Positions 24,034 to 30,976 of a stretch of DNA of 30,976 bases are shown here, in pieces. Location of the stretch: positions 1-30,976 of IMG/VR virus record IMGVR_UViG_3300025018_000406; one strand, written 5' to 3'. The notes below the pieces were generated by a model that was not told where the DNA came from, made no database searches, and saw only the letters and a list, made by a program, of their open reading frames with translations. The stretch is from a virus (taxonomy: Duplodnaviria; Caudoviricetes). Numbering within the stretch: position 1 is the first letter of the stretch; each line of letters starts with the position of its first letter. The position numbers were made by a program, and so were the translations under genes.

Positions 24034-24356
24034 AAATTAATAGTGTATTCACATTTGAAACGGCTCGTTGGGATAGTTCCCTGAACAATTTCGTTGGTAG
24101 AAAAAGTCGGGATGAGACACGAGAGATAGAGGTTGCTATAATTGCAAGAGATGGTAAACCTCTTTTAGTGTTCACTGGTGGGCCTACTGGTTTTGAATCG
24201 TATTATCTCGAAGATATATTGGAAGAACCACTACGAGGGGATGATTTCTGTATATGCGGTGGAACAGTAAACAGTTGGCCTAGGTGTATAGTGAACTGGC
24301 AGGATGTGGTTGATCTCATCCATGGTAATGGTTATAAGTTTAAGGAGGAGAAATGA
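24030..24356 (+). CDS. Hypothetical protein
   Basis: ATGA overlaps at both ends. Confidence 0.7.
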   Translation: MKINSVFTFETARWDSSLNNFVGRKSRDETREIEVAIIARDGKPLLVFTGGPTGFESYYLEDILEEPLRGDDFCICGGTVNSWPRCIVNWQDVVDLIHGNGYKFKEEK

Positions 24357-24967
24357 TAATTGGTATTTGTGGTGAGATGGGAGCAGGAAAGACTACCTTG
24401 GCAAATTTCCTGTGTAGTCATCATAACTTTGAAGTGTTGTCATTTGCTCGGAGATTTAAGATGGCTATGTGTGTTCTGTTCAATTGGGATGAGAGTCGAA
24501 TGCATGACATGGCATATAAGCAGGGCATAGATCCTGTTACAGGTAAGGTTCGCCGTGTATTGATGCAGGAATTTGCCACTGGTTATATTCGTGAACAGAT
24601 CGATCCCATTTTTCATACTAAGATGGTGGCACTAGATACTATGAATCTGCTATCCCGTGATAAATACGATGTTGTCTACGATGATGTACGGCATCCAGAT
24701 GAAGTAGAATTCATACGTGCTGTTGGTGGAACGTTGATTAGGGTCATAAGGCCAAATAATCCACACGAACAGTCCAACCATAAATCAGAGAAATATAAGT
24801 TGCAGGAGAACTCAGTTGTTACTAACTCTGGTAACAAAACAAACATGCTGGTTGATATCCAGCATGTTTTTAGAGATATAATGTTTACTGGTACTATGAA
24901 ATGCAGGAATGAGAAATCTTTGCAACTTCTGTCGGAGTACATAACTAAGTGGGTGAACAATGATTGA
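24353..24967 (+). CDS. Deoxynucleoside monophosphate kinase
   Basis: IIGICGEMGAGKTT, SFA, RVLMQ, DDVRHPDE and HKSE motifs. Confidence 0.9.
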   Translation: MIIGICGEMGAGKTTLANFLCSHHNFEVLSFARRFKMAMCVLFNWDESRMHDMAYKQGIDPVTGKVRRVLMQEFATGYIREQIDPIFHTKMVALDTMNLLSRDKYDVVYDDVRHPDEVEFIRAVGGTLIRVIRPNNPHEQSNHKSEKYKLQENSVVTNSGNKTNMLVDIQHVFRDIMFTGTMKCRNEKSLQLLSEYITKWVNND

Positions 24968-26003
24968 TGCTATCGAACTTACAGATTGGGAATCCCATGA
25001 ACACACACTTATTGAATTGTGTGATACGGTTACAGTCATACTCGGGCAGTCTCACAATGGTAAGAGTGGGATCATTCGGGCAATTAACTGGGTACAGAAT
25101 AATGATCCAGTAAGTACCGTATACTTTCCAAGGGGAAAGAAGAAACCGAACACCACAGTAAGTATAAGCAAGGATGACAGTTTTGTTTCTCGTGTTCGGA
25201 ATAAGACGAAGAATTACTATGAAATGGAGGATGGGGAATTTACCGCTTTGCGGTCTGGTGTTCCTGATGAAGTGAAATCGTTTCTTGGTATGACAGAAAT
25301 AAATACCCAGTTACAGAAAGATGTACATTTCATGCTCACTGATACTGCTGGGCAACGGGCGAAACGCTTGAATGATATTGCTGGGTTGGCTGAGATGGAT
25401 ATTGCAATGTCAGCAGTAAATAGTCGGCATACTAAGGTAAAGTCCATCTTTGATGCGAAAACTTTATTGCTTGGTGAGTTGGAAGAGAAGCACAGTAACC
25501 TTAAATGGGTACTGGATGCAGAGAAAGAATTCGATGTATTGCAAGAAATCGATGCGGAGAATGCAAAGCGGTACGAGGAGATTGAACAACTGACCAGCTT
25601 TCTAAGCACCTTACAGAGTATCGATGAACAGTTACAGAAACTACCAGATCCAAAGATAAAAGATGAGATTGAAGAGATCTTCAAAATAGATGACCACCTG
25701 TACAATCTTGAGCTAGAAGAGGAGGAAATTGAAAAACGCATAAAAACGTACACGGACTGCAAAAACGCATTAAATGATATCAGACTACCTGATGATTCTG
25801 AATTGCTTAATTTAAACGCAAAGAGTGCGGAATTTGGAAGGTTGAAGCAGGATATCACAGATATCAAGAGCGCTATACAAATTGCTGCTGCTATTGAACA
25901 GGAGTGTGTGGTTAAGGATAAGGAAATCTTGGCAGTACAGCAGGAGGAGACAGACTTCTTGGCAAGTTTTTCTGTCTGTCCTTTCTGTGCTAAACCAATG
26001 TAA
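24960..26003 (+). CDS. SbcC/Rad50 ATPase, N-terminal half
   Basis: WESH, Walker A GQSHNGKS, Q-loop (NTQLQKD) and coiled coil, ending at zinc hook CPFC. Confidence 0.88.
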   Translation: MIDAIELTDWESHEHTLIELCDTVTVILGQSHNGKSGIIRAINWVQNNDPVSTVYFPRGKKKPNTTVSISKDDSFVSRVRNKTKNYYEMEDGEFTALRSGVPDEVKSFLGMTEINTQLQKDVHFMLTDTAGQRAKRLNDIAGLAEMDIAMSAVNSRHTKVKSIFDAKTLLLGELEEKHSNLKWVLDAEKEFDVLQEIDAENAKRYEEIEQLTSFLSTLQSIDEQLQKLPDPKIKDEIEEIFKIDDHLYNLELEEEEIEKRIKTYTDCKNALNDIRLPDDSELLNLNAKSAEFGRLKQDITDIKSAIQIAAAIEQECVVKDKEILAVQQEETDFLASFSVCPFCAKPM

Positions 26004-26017
26004 CTTTCGGAGGGGTT

Positions 26018-26197
26018 ATGCGAGACGAATGGCGGCAGATGGTAGATGATTGTATGGACAGGGAAAGCAAACTGTCTGAATGGGAATTTTCTTTTATTGA
26101 TTCCCTGAACATTCTACTGGATAATGACTATTCACTTTCTATGAAACAGATTGATGTTCTGGAGAGGATTTGGGAAAATGTCACAAAGAATGGGTGA
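26018..26197 (+). CDS. Hypothetical protein (59 aa, MRDEWRQMVDDCMDRESKLSEWEFSFIDS...)
   Basis: GGAGG RBS; fills the gap. Not in the ORF track. Confidence 0.7.
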   Translation: MRDEWRQMVDDCMDRESKLSEWEFSFIDSLNILLDNDYSLSMKQIDVLERIWENVTKNG

Positions 26198-26200
26198 TAT

Positions 26201-27064
26201 ATGAAAAAAATTTACTCTGCGGATTGGCATATTACTTTTAAGAAGCCAAGAATCCGAACAGATGACTATACCTATGTGCAGTATGATAAGATCAAATTTA
26301 TCTGTGAGCTGGCTAATAAACATAATGCCCGACTTATTGTTGCTGGAGATATCTTTGATAAACCGTATTGTCCTATTCCTTGGCTGTATGCATATATGGT
26401 TTTGTTTCAGTCTGTAAAGAATGGCGTATATGTTGTATACGGACAACATGATCTGCATTTTCACAATCCTAATCTGGGGAGAACGCCTATTGGGATATTG
26501 CTTGCAGCTGGTGCAGTGAAACATGCAGGACAGATAATGGATGTGTGTAATTTTGGTGAAGTACTGCCGGAACAGCACCACACACATCTCTGTATCCATG
26601 CACCGATAACCCAGTACGAGCCACCTTTCTTCATGGAAGATGCAGTATCAGCAGCAGACTTTTTGCAGGAGAATCCTGAATGGCAATATGTCGTATCTGG
26701 TGATTTTCATGAACAGCATGTTACAGAAGTAGAAGGGCGGATATTATTCAATCCTGGCCCCATTATGCGGGCAGACAAAGGCAAGATGCAGATGCAACCG
26801 AAAGTGATTCTGCATGATGATACCAATAATGAATGGGAATGGATAGAAATCCCCATTAAACAGAATATCTTTGACATTGATAAACTGGATGCAGATGATC
26901 GAAAAGATTACAAAGACAGAATCAGGGAGTTTGCCAATAACATTGATGTTGGTGTAAAACAGAACTTCAGGGAAAATGTACAGTTGGTGATTTCCTGCAT
27001 GAAACCAAAAGACAAAACATTAGAGATACTCGACAGTATCCTGGAGACTACCAATGAGCGATGA
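26201..27064 (+). CDS. sbcD: SbcD/Mre11-like metallophosphoesterase nuclease
   Basis: ADWH, AGDIFD, GQHD, SGDFH and NPG motifs. Confidence 0.9.
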   Translation: MKKIYSADWHITFKKPRIRTDDYTYVQYDKIKFICELANKHNARLIVAGDIFDKPYCPIPWLYAYMVLFQSVKNGVYVVYGQHDLHFHNPNLGRTPIGILLAAGAVKHAGQIMDVCNFGEVLPEQHHTHLCIHAPITQYEPPFFMEDAVSAADFLQENPEWQYVVSGDFHEQHVTEVEGRILFNPGPIMRADKGKMQMQPKVILHDDTNNEWEWIEIPIKQNIFDIDKLDADDRKDYKDRIREFANNIDVGVKQNFRENVQLVISCMKPKDKTLEILDSILETTNER

Positions 27065-27305
27065 AATTAAGAAGCTAGAAAAGATTCAGCAGAGATTGAT
27101 CAAAGCACAACAAGAACGGGACAAACTTGCTGGTCGGCAGGAGGCAGCAATAGATGAGTTACGTAAACTTGGTTATAAATCAGTCGCAGAAGCAACAAAG
27201 GCACTTGCTGTAACTGTTAAGGAAGCAGATAAAGCTGCGAAGGAGCTGGAAGAGGCTATAACAGCATTTACAGAAAAGTACCCTGAACTCGTGGAAGTAA
27301 AATGA
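27054..27305 (+). CDS. Short coiled-coil protein
   Basis: 83 aa, almost entirely helical heptads; lies between sbcD and the SbcC C-half. Confidence 0.7.
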   Translation: MSDEIKKLEKIQQRLIKAQQERDKLAGRQEAAIDELRKLGYKSVAEATKALAVTVKEADKAAKELEEAITAFTEKYPELVEVK

Positions 27306-27922
27306 AAAATATTGCCAAGGTACTACAAAGAAAAGTCACCTCTTTAGAAATGATTGAGGAGCAGATTGAAACAGTAAACAGGGAACTTGATGGTCTGAAT
27401 GATGATCTGCTTGCCCATGTAGAAGCACGGGAGATCATTCAGCGGGCGGCAGCAATGACCCAGGAAGCACTAGGCACCCGCTTATCAGAGATTGTATCTC
27501 AGGCACTTGGGTTGGTATTCGATTACATGAACCTCGGATTCTCTGTGCAGTTTGTTACTCGGAGGAATTCTACGGAATGTGATATGTTCATCACTGAAGA
27601 TGGTGGAGAGTACGATCCTCTTGGTTCGTGTGGGTTTGGTGCTGCAGATGTTGCAAGTTTTGCACTGCGGGTGGCGATGTGGTCGATGAATAGAACAGAA
27701 AACTTTATGGTATTCGATGAGCCATTCAGGAACCTTGACGATGATCAAATGGTACAGGCAGCATTGCTACTGTCTACTCTGAGTGAGGAACTTGGTATAC
27801 AGATGGTTGTTGTCACCCACAAAGAAGCATTAAAGGCTAATGCTGGTAAAATCTATAGGGTGACAAAGATGGATGGGGTCAGCCGTGCTGTAGTTGAGAA
27901 GACGGCAAAACAGTTAAACTAA
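27302..27922 (+). CDS. SbcC/Rad50 ATPase, C-terminal half
   Basis: N-terminal coiled coil, degenerate signature SCGFG, Walker B/D-loop VFDEPFRNLD and H-loop VVTH. Confidence 0.88.
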   Translation: MKNIAKVLQRKVTSLEMIEEQIETVNRELDGLNDDLLAHVEAREIIQRAAAMTQEALGTRLSEIVSQALGLVFDYMNLGFSVQFVTRRNSTECDMFITEDGGEYDPLGSCGFGAADVASFALRVAMWSMNRTENFMVFDEPFRNLDDDQMVQAALLLSTLSEELGIQMVVVTHKEALKANAGKIYRVTKMDGVSRAVVEKTAKQLN

Positions 27923-28396
27923 TACTAAGTGGTGGTAAGCGAGAAAGTAATCTTCTGCTCGGGCCTTACCACCACTTGTATTGAAATACTTCTTGAGATA
28001 TTCAGACATGGCTACTGTATCGTATGATTTAGGCAATGGTCCTGGTGATCGATACAGTTTCAATCTTGCATGGATTGTACAATAAATAGGATTGTACTGT
28101 AGTTGGTATTCATCTGGTCCTTTCACACCAGATATCCCCTCAATTTCCTTGTTAAGCCCATTTTTATAATTAATAAAGTTGGTATAGTTATCATGCATGG
28201 TAGCTATTTCTACTTGGTATAGTCCCCGGGCAGTTCCACCACCTATCTGAGTATTATACTCACCAAGTTTCGATTCATGAGCAGCAACCATCAACAAAGC
28301 CGTCTCTGCAGATTCAGTATACAGTTGATGTTTTGTTGTTGTTATTGGTTGTAGGGATATTCTGATTATATTGGTTATAGCTTCTGGACTGAACAT
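27914..28396 (-). CDS. Lysozyme/transglycosylase-like protein, probable endolysin
   Basis: AAHES (catalytic Glu), GGG.ARGLYQVE and YLKKYFNT..GK. Located at the end of the structural block. Confidence 0.7.
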   Translation of the reverse strand: MFSPEAITNIIRISLQPITTTKHQLYTESAETALLMVAAHESKLGEYNTQIGGGTARGLYQVEIATMHDNYTNFINYKNGLNKEIEGISGVKGPDEYQLQYNPIYCTIHARLKLYRSPGPLPKSYDTVAMSEYLKKYFNTSGGKARAEDYFLAYHHLVLV

Positions 28397-28402
28397 GATT
28401 CC

Positions 28403-28627
28403 TCACACGTTGGCATGAATTATATTTGTTGGTTTCTTGGACTTCCCGACAATGATCCCACTACGTACAACAACCCAGTCACCCACCTTATACGAACCGC
28501 TTGATTCAGCGTTAAATTTGCGTCCTGTGCTGTCTTTTACAGAAAAGAGGGTAATCCCTAGCTTATCAATAATTTGACACGCTACAGTAGCACCATTGCT
28601 TTCATTTTGCCTAAACAGAGTTATCAT
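28403..28627 (-). CDS. Small hypothetical tail-associated protein
   Basis: Beta-rich with GDWVVVRSG (OB-like); overlaps the upstream gene. Confidence 0.55.
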   Translation of the reverse strand: MITLFRQNESNGATVACQIIDKLGITLFSVKDSTGRKFNAESSGSYKVGDWVVVRSGIIVGKSKKPTNIIHANV

Positions 28628-28967
28628 TCAGTTCTACCTCGATTGATGATGATGCACTTACAGATGTAGAAGATCTGTTGTAGTTTATGGATATGGATGT
28701 AAGCATACCATTTTTCTCGATAGATCCAGATACAACCTTCACCATTGAACCAGGTTGAATAAATGTTTGTGAAGGAGAATTAATACTTGCACTTCCTCGG
28801 TTAGAGTAATTTTTATCCACCTCTACCCTGCCCCTTTCTATCGCTGCATCGTTGGTGCAAAGCAATGGATCAGATATAGGATTACCCCAATTTAAAGCAG
28901 CATCATCTAATCGGCATTCAGGTGGATCATAAATAGACCCACCACGGCACACATGTACTTCAATCAT
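28611..28967 (-). CDS. Putative tail/baseplate hub-associated protein
   Basis: ISDPLL...AIERGRVE...IQPGSMVKV pattern typical of tail-hub C-terminal domains. Inferred from pattern and context. Confidence 0.55.
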   Translation of the reverse strand: MIEVHVCRGGSIYDPPECRLDDAALNWGNPISDPLLCTNDAAIERGRVEVDKNYSNRGSASINSPSQTFIQPGSMVKVVSGSIEKNGMLTSISINYNRSSTSVSASSSIEVELNDNSV

Positions 28968-29497
28968 ATAGCCTCCGCATAAACTACTATAACAATCAAA
29001 TACGTTTCATTCAAACTTAATGGTGGTAAGTTGGGCGTTAATTGCCACTGTTCCTTAAAATTTACAGGAAAGGTTATGTTGCCTATACAGGGGAATGTAC
29101 CTGAATCAATGGTTATCTTTGAGTTATTAATCGAACCAGAAGCAGTATTACCATACCATTTAGCTGAAAAAGTATTAACATCCAGATAAGAAAGTTCAAT
29201 ATCTGTACCATTAATAGCAACAATCTCTCCTTGTAATTCTCTGTTCCGTGTAATGTCTGCATCGATCTGGGTAACAGTACCAGTAGAGCATTTAACATCG
29301 ACTATTCGGATGTTATCTGGATAAGAGATTAGGAATACGGGGGAGTCTGTTGGTAAGAATGTCCCCTTGACTGATTTCTTACCATCTGAATCAGTCTGCA
29401 AATTATTAACATGTACATCATCCAGTTCAATGATTACCTGTCCAGTATCGGTAGTACCATCAATAAATTCAACAACAATACTTGTTTCAACAGACAT
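28964..29497 (-). CDS. Putative virion structural protein
   Basis: Acidic, beta-rich, in a tightly packed - strand operon. Confidence 0.55.
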   Translation of the reverse strand: MSVETSIVVEFIDGTTDTGQVIIELDDVHVNNLQTDSDGKKSVKGTFLPTDSPVFLISYPDNIRIVDVKCSTGTVTQIDADITRNRELQGEIVAINGTDIELSYLDVNTFSAKWYGNTASGSINNSKITIDSGTFPCIGNITFPVNFKEQWQLTPNLPPLSLNETYLIVIVVYAEAI

Positions 29498-29498
29498 G

Positions 29499-30976
29499 TT
29501 ATGCCTCTATCTCTGGTACATAGAATTGAACGTACTTACCAACTTCACCAGTTACAGTCCACTTCCAGTATTTAGTGGTATACTTAATACGCAGCAGTGA
29601 TTCAGATGGTACAGAATCTGTATTAAGGACAGTCAAAACACCAGATTCATTGACATCGAGAATTGCAGATGATGGAATGCCTGTGTCATCGGTCAATTCA
29701 TCTTCTATCCAGTCAATATCAATTATGCTGTATATTGGTTTAGTGGTACTGCCTTGCCAATTAATGAATTCAACGATTTCCCACTCATTAGAATCATCTA
29801 ATGCAGGAACCTGTTCGGTAACTGGATCAGTTGTCTTATTTATTGATACAGTTGGTCCGCCTGAAGATAGTAACGGGAACGGTCCTGCCTCGAATGGTAC
29901 ACGGTACCCTTTGATTATCTTTGTCGTGGCGTTTACTTCAATGACTTCCAGATTAATACTGTTCATTGTGGAATTTTGTTCCGATATAATAAAGGCATTA
30001 AAGCCATCCCTCTCATCAAATGAAACCTCTATATCAGCAATATAATCATCTTCAGTCAATGCTATAGTTGGTGTAAGGGCATCCCATTCAACAGGCGATA
30101 CAGGGTACATGCTAATGATCAATAATTCACCATTAGGCTTAGTCTGAACTACGCCACCAACAGCATTAACAATCTTACGTATTACTGCAAGAGGCGATTC
30201 CCCTACAACAGATATGGCACTAGATTTCACTAACCAATTTAATATCTGGTAATCTACTATAATACCAGACTTAGCTGCCATCAATTCAACTATATCTTTT
30301 GCATACATCTCTGTTTCTATGGTATCTGTTGCTGATAAGGTTCTTGAGTATGGTACATCGAGTTTTACAGTTGGTGAGCCCAATTCAATATTGAACTCAG
30401 CCACACCATGTGCATAGGATTTTGTTCTGTTACGAACCACAAACACAAATTCAACCCCATCATGTACAATCTTACAAGGCCGCAATATAACACACTTATA
30501 GTAACTGGATTCGGTCACACCACTCAAATAGCATGATATAATGAATTGGCCAATATCAGCAGTGATATTTAATCCTGTGAAATCAATATTATCATCCCAA
30601 ATAATTGTATCAAATTCATCATCACCGAGAGTCACAACTGTTTCAATGGATTGCAGTGTAGCCGTACCCATATTTTGCAGGGAGTAAGATGCAAATAAAC
30701 CGTTACGTATGTGTGTGCCATCAATAATGTTGTATTGTGGGATTAAAGATGTGCGGATATTCGTTCCTGCTGGAATACTGTATTCACTGAAGTAGTTTGT
30801 ACGTAATGATTCATATATTTTATAATTACCAATAATATTCTTTCTGATAGGAACGTTATACAATACCGATTGTTCTAGTATTTTTCGGATTGTTGGGGAG
30901 TCTGAATACCAACTATCAACCTTATTTATTATGACAGCCGCATCTGAAATTTCTTGTTCAAGTCTCACCTGCAACT
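29499..30976 (-). CDS. Putative tail protein (5' end outside the window)
   Basis: Open frame of at least 491 aa running to the edge. 'ESPLAVIRKIVNAVGGVVQTKPNGELLI' resembles the gpD/gp27 tail-hub repeat. Confidence 0.6.
   Translation of the reverse strand, partial: LQVRLEQEISDAAVIINKVDSWYSDSPTIRKILEQSVLYNVPIRKNIIGNYKIYESLRTNYFSEYSIPAGTNIRTSLIPQYNIIDGTHIRNGLFASYSLQNMGTATLQSIETVVTLGDDEFDTIIWDDNIDFTGLNITADIGQFIISCYLSGVTESSYYKCVILRPCKIVHDGVEFVFVVRNRTKSYAHGVAEFNIELGSPTVKLDVPYSRTLSATDTIETEMYAKDIVELMAAKSGIIVDYQILNWLVKSSAISVVGESPLAVIRKIVNAVGGVVQTKPNGELLIISMYPVSPVEWDALTPTIALTEDDYIADIEVSFDERDGFNAFIISEQNSTMNSINLEVIEVNATTKIIKGYRVPFEAGPFPLLSSGGPTVSINKTTDPVTEQVPALDDSNEWEIVEFINWQGSTTKPIYSIIDIDWIEDELTDDTGIPSSAILDVNESGVLTVLNTDSVPSESLLRIKYTTKYWKWTVTGEVGKYVQFYVPEIEA

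Larger units (their letters stand above)
1..30976. mobile_element. Bacteriophage or prophage genome segment: replication, DNA-modification, lysis and tail modules
   Basis: Densely packed co-directional genes with ATGA/TAATG overlaps and many small hypothetical ORFs. Phage-type gene set (PolA with UDG domain, ATP-dependent ligase, dNMP kinase, DpdA-like protein) with a convergent lysin/tail block. Confidence 0.93.

Noticed and set aside
22-26599. Numerous - strand ORFs and short alternative-frame + ORFs in the ORF track (e.g. 22-444, 25217-25867, 26132-26599)
   Set aside because: They shadow well-supported + strand genes or regulatory regions and show no recognisable motifs.
29575-30045. + strand 156-aa ORF
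   Set aside because: Antisense shadow of the tail gene with no motif support.

Overview
This window is a fragment of a large tailed dsDNA phage or prophage genome. No host genes, tRNAs or CRISPR array were seen. From 5 to 27922 a + strand block encodes three modules. (i) Replication initiation: a structured leader, two HTH initiator-like genes with an internal iteron-type origin, and a DnaB helicase. (ii) A 7-deazaguanine DNA-modification cluster: an HNH-QueD fusion, QueD, QueE, FolE, QueC and a TGT/DpdA-like transglycosylase, interleaved with ThyX, an extra radical SAM enzyme, a HAD phosphatase and two histone-like proteins. (iii) Replication and recombination: DnaN, UDG-exonuclease-PolA, DnaX, SSB, RecA, 5'-3' exonuclease, resolvase, ligase, dNMP kinase and a split SbcC with SbcD. 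From 27914 to the end, a convergent - strand block encodes a lysozyme-like enzyme and probable tail proteins. The strongest signals are an HNH-QueD fusion between two 66-bp copies of the queD 5' end (the resident QueD lacks its catalytic Cys), an apparently split and order-swapped DpdA, unexplained tailoring enzymes in the Que cluster, a kissing-loop leader before the initiators, and a Rad50/SbcC in three pieces. All family calls come from motif recognition by eye; no database search was run.
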